DNA from: Eledone cirrhosa
Taxonomy: Eukaryota
Direction: 5' to 3'
NCBI GenBank assembly: GCA_964016885.1
Contig: OZ024742.1
Coordinates: forward strand, 176,266,001-176,330,000
DNA: 64,000 nucleotides
A program made the position numbers and the translations under genes. The notes under the pieces are model-generated. The model had not been told where the DNA came from, did no database searches, and was given only the letters and a program-made list of their open reading frames with translations. Shown here piece by piece: positions 52,737 to 64,000 of this stretch; positions within the stretch are counted from its first letter, which is position 1; each line of letters opens with the position of its first letter.

Positions 52737-54894
52737 GTGAGTGTATGTGCATATTTGTATGTGTGTGTGTGTGTGTGTAGATCAGAAAAGATTATAGTAA
52801 ATGTCCTGTTGTCATAGGAACGTAAATCCTGCTCCATACAGGTTTCTCCTTTCTAGATATTCAATTCCCTGTTGTTTCTATATCAGACATGTCATGACAG
52901 GTAGGAAACCCATTGGGTATTTATGTGTTTCTGATACCATCTCCATTGTGGCGACAGGATATGTCTTTCATTTCCCTTAAACATGAAATGCCAAGCTTTC
53001 ACTGAATTTCTCTCTATATATCTATCCACCCATCCATCCACCTATCTACTCATCCTCCCATCCATCCAAGATTCAGCTCAATATTCTAGGTTGCAAACCT
53101 CAAAAAGCAGTGCAGGATACAATACCAACATTATTCTTTGTTCTATTCTCTTAATGGTTTCAGACATTTGGTTGAGGCACAATGATAAACATATTTTAGT
53201 CTAGAATATTGAGCCACTAATCATTTTTCAAGTCTTCTACTAATTTTATGGATCTGACTTTGTCAAACCATTAAGTTATGTGAGATAAACACAGACACTT
53301 ACATGAGCATAAATACAGATAAGGAAGCCCTTCCCCCATATGTAAATCATGGTTTTGAAACATTAAAAGAATATTTGGAATCCAGCTTTCTTTTTTTTTT
53401 ATTGAAGTATTTAACTCCATTCCGGCACCTACCTCGAGATGCCACATCTATGATGGATGATATGTATAACATTGAGTGCTTTTGCTTATTGCATCACGGT
53501 CTGATAATTGGAAAGACTGCATCTACCCATTAGTTAAACCATTCAAGATAAAGGGAGTTTAGCTCCTGATACAGTTGAGCACTGTATGATTTAATGAGGA
53601 ATCAAGGCTCATACCCCACTACACTTATTAATGCTTCTGGAAAATGTACTCCTTAATATGGTAGTAATCTAACACACGGAGAATGCTCCACTTTCAACTT
53701 GATGAAATGGAGATTATTAAGAAAAGGAAATTATATGATAATGCATGTGACTTCAACTAATTTGTACAACATTCAAATATCCTTAATTGGACTGATACTG
53801 ATGAATATAATCAGATGAACCACCACCCTAAGCTGAGAGAACCCAGTTGAACATATTCTACTTCGCAATATCAACCCTACTGGGCATAGCAGTTATTGTC
53901 ATGGTGGATCAACATGATACTACATGAACTTTTTATAGCTTGTATCATGATTTATACTTCAGGTATTATGTAACATATTTCATATTGTAACATACTTTTT
54001 CTTTCATAACTCACATATTTGATATTTATTTTATATGATATTTCATATGTAATTTGTAGTTTTGTATATTACGCCACCCCATTTGACTCGTCAATTACCT
54101 ACTTCTTTAATTAATTAGTTTCAACTAATTATTTACATTTATTACTTATTATTATAATCGTATTATTATAATCAAATCCTGCCAAGGTTTACTTTGCCTT
54201 TCATCCTTACGGGGTCGATAAAATAAAGTACCTGTAATGCAGTGGGTAATTGCTGGCCTTGTGCCAAAAGTAGAAACAATTATTATAATCATAGCTATCC
54301 ACTCTTTTAAATTTATAATTCATATACCTTTTAGTATGAACTATTGTGATCTTTTCTCATGGTTAGAATAGGTAGCGTTCTTATTGATATTGCCATTAGC
54401 AGGAGGAAATGATATGAATGCATATAAGCTGTTATATGGTATCCATTATATCATGAACCAACAACCTAGCTGTCTTCTGAGTTAACTATTGTGATTCTAG
54501 GAGTTCATTCTCTATCTGGAGTGCTTGCAATAGATTGAACATAATGCTGAAGAAATTTCTCCGTATGTTTCATATATTTAATTGACTCAGTTGCACAAAC
54601 ATTATCTTGGATCCAGGGGACTAGAGAATGATGGGTTGGTCAAATTCATCATTAATCCTCACAATTGAATTTGTTCACCATAAACTTAAACTTAATATAA
54701 ATCCATAAATGTACACACAAATGAGTTTTTTTAACCACTAACTTTTAATTAATTGTTTACTTTTTAACTAACTACATACATTATCATTGTACCTATTCTC
54801 TTTTTATAACTGTTTATAATTGTTGACTTGTTTTATTTATTAACCCGTTATTGTTATAATTTTAATTATTTACCAATGGTTTTATCATTTGCAT

Positions 54895-55650
54895 AATCTT
54901 TGTCCTCTGCAGTCACAGCACATATTTTGCTACCGTGCAGCATTGTAATTTACACACAGTTGTCATATGTGTATGTAGGGAAAAACCTTTTGTTGACAAT
55001 AGTGGAAGTAGCTCTCTAAACTTCTTCCATCCTATCTTCATTCTAGCTATTATATTCTCAGATCACCCTCCACTAATTTCGATACACTCTAAGACATTCA
55101 CTATCACACTATGTGGGCTTTTGGCCAGGGACTAGTGTGACAATCACTGACTATATGGCACACCTAGTCTTTTTAAAATACATCAAACTGTTGGTTCTGA
55201 GGGGCTTTAGAACTGGCCAGAATGTGTCACCATCAATAACGCCCCCCCCCCCGCTGGTCACACCTACGAACCCTCAATACATAGCATTGTTGAGTGTGTG
55301 GCATAATAAGGCTGTCTGTCATTGAGGTCGCATTTTAACCAGGTGCCCATAGTATCGGAGCTGTAATCTCTTAATTCAGAGAAGAAACACCTCTACTCTC
55401 TGATCTCCAATCAACACACTCTATTAAGTAAAGTTACTCCAATGACCATTCTGAGGAACTCCATTTTGGCCGCTTGTATTCACAATTGTATTCTTTTGGT
55501 CATTACCCAAAATACATGACCATATTTAAGGGTTGGCACGACTATCGAATTGAAGATAGTAAGTTTGGCTTTTACACCTAGCTTTCTTCTTCTGGTTACC
55601 AAATGCTGAAGCCGGTACATTACTTCATCAGCTCCTGCAATTCTTGCACA
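54895..55650 (-). mobile_element. Old RTE LINE 3' coding fragments from two families
   Basis: GWKKFRELLPLL.TKGFS; KAKLTIFNSIVVPTLKYG..IQAAKMEFLR. Confidence 0.72.
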
Positions 55651-55674
55651 TAATTCAGCATCCAGCCTTTCATC

Positions 55675-55977
55675 CCCTTAATCTACTTTTGCCAAGGGTA
55701 CCTTCTCCACCCACTCACCTTAATCCACCATGGCCAAAAGTACCCCCATTCCCACCCTACATTAATCCATTACTGCTAATGGTACCCCCCTCTCACCACC
55801 ACCTTAATCAACTACTGGCAAGATTACCTCCCCTTCCACTCAGACTGGAAAAAGTACCTCCCCCCTGCCAACCCTCACACATTAAATTACTACGAGCAAG
55901 AGTACCTCTCCTAACACACCCCACTTGCGAAGGTATCTCTCACCCTCCCACATGTTAAACAACTATTGGCAAAGGTA
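55675..55977. repeat. ~42-bp degenerate C-rich tandem repeat
   Basis: Recurrent TTAATCCACTACTGGCAAGGGTACCTCCCC-like unit. Confidence 0.75.
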
Positions 55978-56133
55978 ATATTTCTGTTTCTGTTTCCTTC
56001 TCTTCTTTCAGTCCCTAATAATGACATTTATAACAATCTTTCCTGATAGCAGTGGCTGTCTTTTGTAAGAAACAAAACAAGATTTATGAAAGCAACACCA
56101 AAGTAGAAAAAGTTATATACCAATAAATATATA

Positions 56134-56933
56134 TCATCATCATCATCATCATCATCAACGTTTAACGTCCGTGTTCCACGCTTGCATGGGTTTGGACGGG
56201 GGTAGTCCCACTTGAGGCAAGAGTGATTGACTTGCTCGCATAGGACTGTCTGGCAGGTTTTCTACAGTTGGATGCCCTTCCTAACACCAACCACATTTAC
56301 AGTGTGGGTCTGGGAGGTTTTTACCGTGTTGCCTACACGGCCACATTACAGCGTGGACTGTGTGTTTTTTTGTCGTGACACCTACACGATCTCATTTGTT
56401 TCGGCCTGGATGGCGCGGCACCAACATAACTTTACATAGAACGGGGTGGTGTGGATGGGGTGGGGGTGGTGGCGGGACGGGGTGTAGTTTGTTAGAGATG
56501 CCTACTGGCAAGGCGGGTCTTCTCTGTTACTGAGTACCGCCAAAGGTCACGGTCCAGTGACATTGTCTTGGAGAGGTGTAAGTGTGTGAGGTCGGAGTTT
56601 ATCAGCTCATCCCATGTTTTTCTAGGTCTGCCTATTCCGTGGCTACCGTCTATCTTTATTGCCCTGCACTTTGTAATACAGCTATCGACTTTCATGCGCA
56701 TCACGTGTCCATACCAACGCAGCCTTCTCTCGAGTAAACAACATCTGATCCCTCTTATCTCTAATTTTTTCCTTAGTTCGTTTATGCTTTGCCGTTCACG
56801 TATATTACTGTTACACATCCAGCGGAGCATGCAAGCTTCGTTCCTCTCTAGTCTGCGTATATCCTCTGCACACAATGCCCAGGTCTCACTACCATGCAAC
56901 ATTGCTGTTCGTATGCAGGCATCGTACAACCTG

Positions 56934-56935
<2 letters not shown>
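56134..56935 (-). mobile_element. RTE LINE 3' end, 5'-truncated at (TA)n
   Basis: GRLYDACIRTAMLHGSETW, RLRWYGHVMRM, GRPRKTW; UTR; (GAT)n tail. Confidence 0.93.
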
Positions 56936-56983
<48 letters not shown>

Positions 56984-56984
56984 C

Positions 56985-57096
56985 AATGTATAATAAACAA
57001 TACAGTATAATTACCTCATTACCAGAGGTTTCCCGAATAAGACGAATACAAGAAACGTCCGCGTTCGTAACATAACTGTATTGTTTATTATACATT
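56985..57096 (-). mobile_element. PLE-like fragment of the 44803 family with terminal inversion and HHR 3' half
   Basis: Minus strand GGACGTTTC..CGTCT..GAAACCTCTGGTAATG..TTGTTTATTATA; 22-bp inverted ends. Confidence 0.65.
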
Positions 57097-57639
57097 ACCT
57101 ATTTAGCTCTGTAACTTTCATAGAACACTCTTCATTCCTCTGACTTTTTCAATTTTCAACGGACACTTCAATACTTATATTTATATATATATATATATAC
57201 AGAGGGAGCTCATAGATAGGACAACACACGGTTTTTCGTGGGGGTAAGTTTTTACTAATTTTTGTATTCTGAAAGATCAAAATACAACAAAAATTTGTAC
57301 TCATTGGACGCCGAGAATGTTCTGACAAAAGCTGTAGAAGCTACAGAAATATTCCATATAGTCTTCCAGAGAAATCTCTATTTAAAATTTTTAAAACTTT
57401 TCGCTTACTTGTCCGCCATTGCAAAAGCCCATAAATTCAAATTTTGAAAAGAAAGGAAGAAAGGGACAAGTGAACTATCAACTTGTACATCTCACTCCCC
57501 CCCCATTACCACAATAACGTATAAACCCGCTCCCCACGACCATCACATAACTCATTACCCTATCTAAGGCGGCTGAGCTGTTGACAAACTGCTAACTCCT
57601 TCGATGTATGTATGTGTATATACACATACATACATACAA

Positions 57640-57842
57640 TGAAATCATATCCACTCTCTTGCTCTGGAACCCTGACACCAGCCTGACTAGCAGTAGGAAG
57701 CTGTCATTCCCTGACGTTATCTCTAGGGATACGGGAATCAGTAGACAGGACCTGGGGGCGGCGATGGGGGACAGGGAATTCTGGGGCATGAGAGTGAGAT
57801 CCATCATCTCGACAGTAGTCGACGAATGATGATGATGATGAT
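57640..57842 (+). mobile_element. LINE extreme 3' end with (GAT)n tail, possibly the family of 1048-3160
   Basis: LLLWNP....D.ISRDTG....L..AM.DREFW then stop and GAT repeats. Confidence 0.7.
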
Positions 57843-57914
57843 ATATATATATATATGTATATGTGTGTATATGTGTATGTATAAATATATACCTCAGTGG
57901 ATGGCACCTGATTT

Positions 57915-58800
57915 CAACACAGCAACAACTACAACAACACCGACAGCAACAACAACAACAGCAACAACACCATTGTCTGTGTTGAATGTGTGTGTATGTA
58001 TGTATATATATGTATGTGTATATATGACACACGCGAAGCGAACACATTTCAAAATTTCAACCCAACGACTACAACAACAGCAACAGCAACAGAACCATTG
58101 TCTGAAGCAGCAGCATCAGTGAAATGAACAACATCAACGGCAGCAGCAGCAGCAACAACAACAGCAACATCAACAACGTCAACAACAACTGCCGCCACCA
58201 TCACTGACACCTTCCACTACCACCACCTTCACCACCACCACAACCGCCGCCACCACCATCACTGGTACCATCCACCACCGCCACCATCACCACCATCACT
58301 GACACCATCCACCACCACCATCATCACCATCACTGACACTATCCACCACCTTCACCACCACCACCATCCACCACCACCACCATCACCACCATCATTGTCA
58401 CCATCCACCATCACCACCACCATCACTGACACCATCCCCCACATTCACCACCACCACTATCACTGTCACCATCCACCACCACCACTATCACCTTCACTGA
58501 CATCATCCACCATCTTCACCACCACCACTACCACCACCACCACTGGCACCACCACCACCATCACCATCACTGACACCATCCACCACTATCACTGACACCA
58601 TCCACCGCCACCATCGCTGGCACTATCCACCACCACCACCACAATCACTGACACCAACCAGCACCACCACCTTCACCATCTCTGACCCCATCCACCACCA
58701 TCACCACCACTGGCACCATCAACCTCCACCACCATCACCGTCACTGACACCAACCACCACCACCACCACCACACCATCACTGACATCATCCACCATCACC
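57915..58800. repeat. (CAA/CAG)n and (CAC/ACC)n low-complexity repeats with a higher-order CACCATCACTGACACC unit
   Basis: Directly visible. Confidence 0.92.
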
Positions 58801-59179
58801 AGCGAGCAGGCCTTAAAAACAACTATAATAATAGTAATACTAAATAACTATTCTGTTCTTGGCACGGGGCAGCGATTGTACCAGCGCATTGCTGGTGCCT
58901 TCTTTTTGGGGGGCCCTGAGAGTGGAGAGCCGTTGCTCTTGCTGTAAAGCAAACCATTATTATTATTGTTATATAAACACTGAACTGGACTGGAAAAGTC
59001 AACAGTTGACATGATTTTGATTTTGTATCAGTTCTGAAGGTATATATATATATGTATGTGTTTGTGTGTGTGAGTGGTGTGAGTGTTTGTATGCATGAAT
59101 GTTTGTGTGTGAGTGACGTGTGTGTTTGTAGTTTGTATGCATGAGTGTTGGTGTGTGAGTGTGTATGTGTGTGTGTGTG

Positions 59180-62100
59180 CCGTGGGTATCAATAAGTGTT
59201 TTTTTATGACCATGCTGTAAAATGGAGGGGTACAGAGGGCCCTTGAGCCTAGTAAGACATCCTTTCTAGTGCTGGTGGCACAAATAAAAGCATCCAGTCC
59301 ATGCCATAAAGCACAACAACAAGTAAGATAGGAACAACAAAATATGAAGACGTCGCATCTTAGAGTTGCAACACTTAATGTTGGCACTCTCGGAGGTAGA
59401 TCTGCTGAAACAGCGGAGATGCTGGAGAGAAGGCATGTTGATGTGTGCTGCGTGCAAGAGGTGAGATGGAGAGGTGCCTCTGCGAGACTAGTCGTAGGCA
59501 AACATCTTAGCTATAAGCTTTTCTGGGTAGGTAAGGATGATGGGTTAGGGGGAGTAGGTATTTTCCTGGCTGAGAGATGGATCAATAAGACAATAGAGGT
59601 AGTTCGAGTTAGTGATCGAATAATTAAGCCTAGATTAGTTGTAGGCTGGAGACTACTGACAAAAATCTCTACCTATGCTCCACAAGCAGGCCTAGGCAAA
59701 GAAGAGAAAGACTGCTTTTACGTGCAACTTTTACAAACAACCGCAATGACAGAGGACGTAGACATCGTTATGCTAGCAGGGGACTTCAATGGTCATGTTG
59801 GACAGCTCCAGGATGGTTACACTGGGATACATGGTGGGCACGGTTACAGCTCAAGAAATGAAGAAGGAGTTAGACTTCTTAAAATTTGTGATGCAAGTAC
59901 ACGGACTATTTGCAACACTAACTTCCAGAAACCTGCCAAACACCTAATAACCTACAAATCTGGCGAGCACATAAGCCAGCTTGACTTCTTACTAGTTAGG
60001 AAGAGGGACAGGCAGATAGTGTCTAATACCAAGGTATACCCTGGGGATGAATGTACCCCTCAGCATACATTAGTCGTTAGTGATATCTCAGTAAGCAAGA
60101 GATGTAATGAGACACACAGAAAGGTGTGGAGAAGAAAGGTCTGGAAGCTAAAAGACCTTTCACTAAAATACAAATTTAGGAAAGCCCTTCAAGATGTGTA
60201 TGACGAAAAAGAAGACGATTTAGAGATGTATGACATAGATAATAACTGGAATTTCTCACGTGATAACTTGCTGCAGGCTACTGATGAAACTTGTGGCTGG
60301 AGCAGTGCTCCAACCAGACAGAGAGAGACCTGGTGGTGGAACAGCACAGTAGATAAGGCCATTAGAGACAAAAGACTAGCATGGAAGACTTGGGAAAAGG
60401 GTGGGAGGAGGGAAGGACATACAGCCGCTAAGAGAGAAGCTAGACGTCAGATGTACTTAGCACGCAGGGAGAATGAGAGTAGGAAGTTTGCCAATGTTCT
60501 GCGACAGGAAAATCAGAGGCGTGCGGTGTTCCACATTGCAAGACAGTGTGTCAATGCAAATCAGGATGTTGTTGGAGATAAATGTGTCCGAAATGATGCC
60601 GGTGTATGTAGTGTCACGAATGATCAGAAAAAGGAAGCCTGGAAATGTCAATATGAGAGACTGATGAATGTGGAGAACGAATAGGAGAGAGAAAAATAAT
60701 CCTCAGTAGATCCGACAGAGGGACCAGCTATTGAGATTGACGAATATAGGGTCCAAGAGGCGATTAAGGAAATGAAAAATGGTAAGGCTGCTGGACCATC
60801 GGGGATAGTTGCTGAGATGCTGAAGGCATCAGGGGACGTAGGCACTAAACTAGTTGTACGCATCATCAATCAGGCTATATATGGTGGTGTCATACCCAAA
60901 GACTGGTGCAGCAGTATTCTCATAAATTGCTACAAAGATAAAGGGGAAGCTCTGGAGAGGAGCAATTATAGGGGTATAAAACTGATGGATCAGGTTATGA
61001 AAGTGGCAGAAAGGATATTAGCACAACTAATTAGAGAAAGGGTCAAACTAGATGAAATGCATTTTGGTTTTGTGCCTGGGAAGAATACAACAGATGCCCT
61101 CTTCTTGGTGAGTCAATTACAAGAGAGGTTCTTAGAGAAAAATAAGCCACGATACTTAGCCTTTGTTGACCTAGAGAAAGCTTTTGATAGGGTACCCCGA
61201 TCTGTCATCTGGTGGTCCCTAAGCAAACTGGTGTTGAGGAATGGCTTGTGAGGACAGTGAAAACTTTGTACAGAGGTACGGTCAGTAAAGTCAGAGTAGG
61301 AATGGAGTTTAGTGAGGAATTCCAGGTACAAGTAGGTGTACATAAAGGTTCGGTCCTCAGTCCGCTCGTGTTCATTATCGTCCTCCAAGCCATAACAGAG
61401 GAGTTTAAGACTGGCTGTCCATGGGAACTTCTCTATGCTGACGATCTGGTTCCTATAGCAGAATTAGTAGAGGAGCTAGAGAATAAATTCTGTCTTTGGA
61501 AAAACAGCAGTTGGAAGCAAGAGGACTGAGAGTGAACCTAGCTAGGACAAAAGTGTTGATGAGTAGAAAAGAGGACAACATTCTGATTCCGTCAGGGAAA
61601 TGGCCATGTTCGATATGCAGAAAAGGAACTGGCATAAATTCTATAAAATGCACACAATGCAGATCCTGGGTACATAAGAGATGTAGCGGGAAAGCAGGCA
61701 AACTAACAGGTAGGGTGAATACGTATGCAGTAGATGTACAGGGAAATTAAACAGTAGAAGTCGCAGTGATAGACACATTTTTCAAATGCAGGCTGGTGCT
61801 ATAGAAGTGGTGGATAGCTTACGGTACCTAGGAGATCAGATTAGCATAGGAGGTGGGGGGGGGGGGGTCCGAGGCCATAGTATCTAGAATAAGGACGGGT
61901 TGGAAGAAGATTAGGGAGTTGCTTCCTCTGTTGACGAAGAAGGGTTTCTCCCTGCGTACGAAAGGCCGGTTATATGATGACTCTGTGAGGAGCGCGATGC
62001 TGTATGGTAGTGAGACATGGGCAGCAACTGCAGAGGATATGCGACGGCTGGAGAGAAATGAGGCAAGCATGCTCCGTTGGATGTACAATGTCAATGTGCT

Positions 62101-62443
62101 TGAACGACCCAGCATAAATGTGTTGAGAGAGAAACTGTGTCTGAGAAGGATAGAATATAGTCTACGGGAGAGGAGACTGGGGTGGTATGGACATGTGATG
62201 CGCATGGAAGATGACCAATTGGTGAAGAAGTGCCAGGAAATGCCAGTTGAAGGACGTCGTGGTAGATGTAAACAACCAAAAACGTATATATGACACACGG
62301 GCGGAGGTGGTGAGAACAGACCTCAGATCGCTGAAGCTCAGAGTGGAGATGTCGAGGGCCGTGACAAATGGAGAGATGCTGTGTTGAATAAGACCCGTCC
62401 CACCCTTGCAAGCAGGGAAAAGTGGGCGTAAAATGAGGATGAT
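59180..62443 (+). mobile_element. Near full-length RTE-clade LINE (single EN-RT ORF broken by a few stops and frameshifts)
   Basis: EN 59344-60684, RT 60772-62293, 3' tail ATGAGGATGAT. Confidence 0.96.
59344..62293 (+). pseudogene. APE endonuclease - reverse transcriptase with internal PHD-like finger
   Basis: TLNVGTL, VQEVRW, YAPQ, GDFNGHVG, LDFLL; LEKAFDRVP, GVHKGSVLSPL, YADDL, CSIC..CTQC..VHKRC, YLG. Confidence 0.95.
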
Positions 62444-62505
62444 TGTGATATATATATATATATCACAGGCAAATAGATAATATATATAGAACAGCAAAAA
62501 TATAA

Positions 62506-62531
62506 TCTATATATATAAAACTGAGGATGTC

Positions 62532-62577
<46 letters not shown>

Positions 62578-63537
62578 TTTGAATCCCTAAAACTCGAGAA
62601 GCACCCAACTGACTGTTTTCAAAATTTACACATGTAATACTTATGTTTCCGGAAGTGTTCTGAGTGTTTCAAACTGTCAATGTCCTAGGGACCGCATTAG
62701 GCGATTTATCGATCTCTCTCTATAATTCTTAGTCTTTTTCTTTTTAGATTGATACATATATATAACGTCGCGCCCTTATAATATCTGTCTGTATATCTGG
62801 CTATCTGCATTACGTCACCTCCCACAATTCCCTCCGCGTCCAGAACGCGCCCTTATAATATCTGTCTGTATGGCTGGTTGTCTGCATTACGTCACTTCCC
62901 AAAATTCCCTCTGCGTGCAGATTTTCCACTTACGGCTCACTGCCTTCAGTTATTCTGCCACCCTTGCTCAAGACGAATCTCACACTCAATCCCCAAACAG
63001 TTGGTAAGTGCACACAACTTCTTCCTCACGTTGTAAGCCACAGTGTTGCTTACTTACGTACCACCAGAACCTTACTCCTTTGCCAGCCGTGGCTGTGGCA
63101 ATAAAAATGAAAGCCGGTAACTATGTATTAGTCAATCTCTTCTTCATACCGTGAGCAAAGAACATCCAACTTTTAGTTGAGCGAGTGAAATAAAGTCGAT
63201 CCTGCTGTGATTCAAAGATCAGGTTTGCAGGTTATATATTTCACACACACTAAACATTAAAGCCGGTAAAACCACCACCACCACCACCATCGCCACCATC
63301 CTCACCACTATCCCGATCACCACCACCACCACCACCATCGCCACCATCCTCACCACTATCCCGACCACCACCACCACCAACACCATCGCCACCATCATCA
63401 CCACTATCCCGACCACCACCACCACCACCATTACCACCACCACTACCACCATCATCACCATTATCCCAACCAATTATCTATGGATATAAAACTGAGGATG
63501 TCTGCCTGTATGTGTGAGTGAGTGAGTGAGTGAGTGA

Positions 63538-63590
<53 letters not shown>

Positions 63591-63922
63591 AATCCCTAAA
63601 ACTTGAGAAGTACACAACAGATTTTTTTCAAACTTTACATGTGTATTACTTATGTTTCAGGGAGTGTTATGCCCGCATTAGGTGAAAAACTGCGTTTTTT
63701 CATCTTTTTAGGGTTTTTTTAGGCGTTACGTCAGACCGATTTCCGTGAAATTGTAACTATGTATTAGTCAGTCTCTTCTTCATACCGTGAGCAAAGAAAA
63801 TCCAACTTTTTTATGGCCTTTTTTATGGCATTAGGTGAAAAACTTCATTTTTTCAGCTTTTTATGACTTTTGTGAGGTGTTACGTCTAGCCGATTTTCCT
63901 GAAATTTCAAGGCATATTATGC
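62506..63922 (+). mobile_element. Non-autonomous Helitron, composite with two 5' ends (62506 and 63477); 3' CTAG end missing
   Basis: A|TCTATATATATAAAACTGAGGATGTC start; colinear with the reverse complement of 39330-40058. Confidence 0.85.
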
Positions 63923-64000
63923 ACAATTTGACATTTTTAAAGAAAGACTCAGTAAATAATAGGATCGATCATTTTAAAGGTGTTTATGATATAGTCAAGT

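Noticed and set aside
57198-57450. Tc1/mariner-like MITE starting TACAGAGGG (similar starts near 16799 and 17323)
   Set aside because: No matching second TIR found
57826-58595. PolyQ/polyT/polyH ORFs
   Set aside because: Trinucleotide low-complexity sequence with no domain or clear exon structure

Overview
AT-rich eukaryotic, repeat-dominated DNA with no intact host gene. The mix of (TA)n/(CA)n microsatellites, RTE LINEs with (GAT)n tails and Deu/Nin- and CORE-like SINEs suggests a coleoid cephalopod such as Octopus (inference). Contents: many RTE LINE copies (one nearly full length at 59.2-62.4 kb), a second EN-RT LINE, a decayed Tx1/L1 LINE, a decayed Helitron helicase, two non-autonomous Helitrons, a Penelope-like element (RT + GIY-YIG), a pogo-like MITE, a Chapaev3-like transposase relic and about 15 SINEs. 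The main unexplained signal is a set of about 10 type I hammerhead-ribozyme (HHR) motifs plus several half-motifs, from roughly 6-7 sequence families. They sit next to (TA)n tracts, often in fold-back palindromes, and one family has a compensatory U3-A8 core. All RNA structures and alignments were read by eye, so boundaries are approximate and activity is untested.
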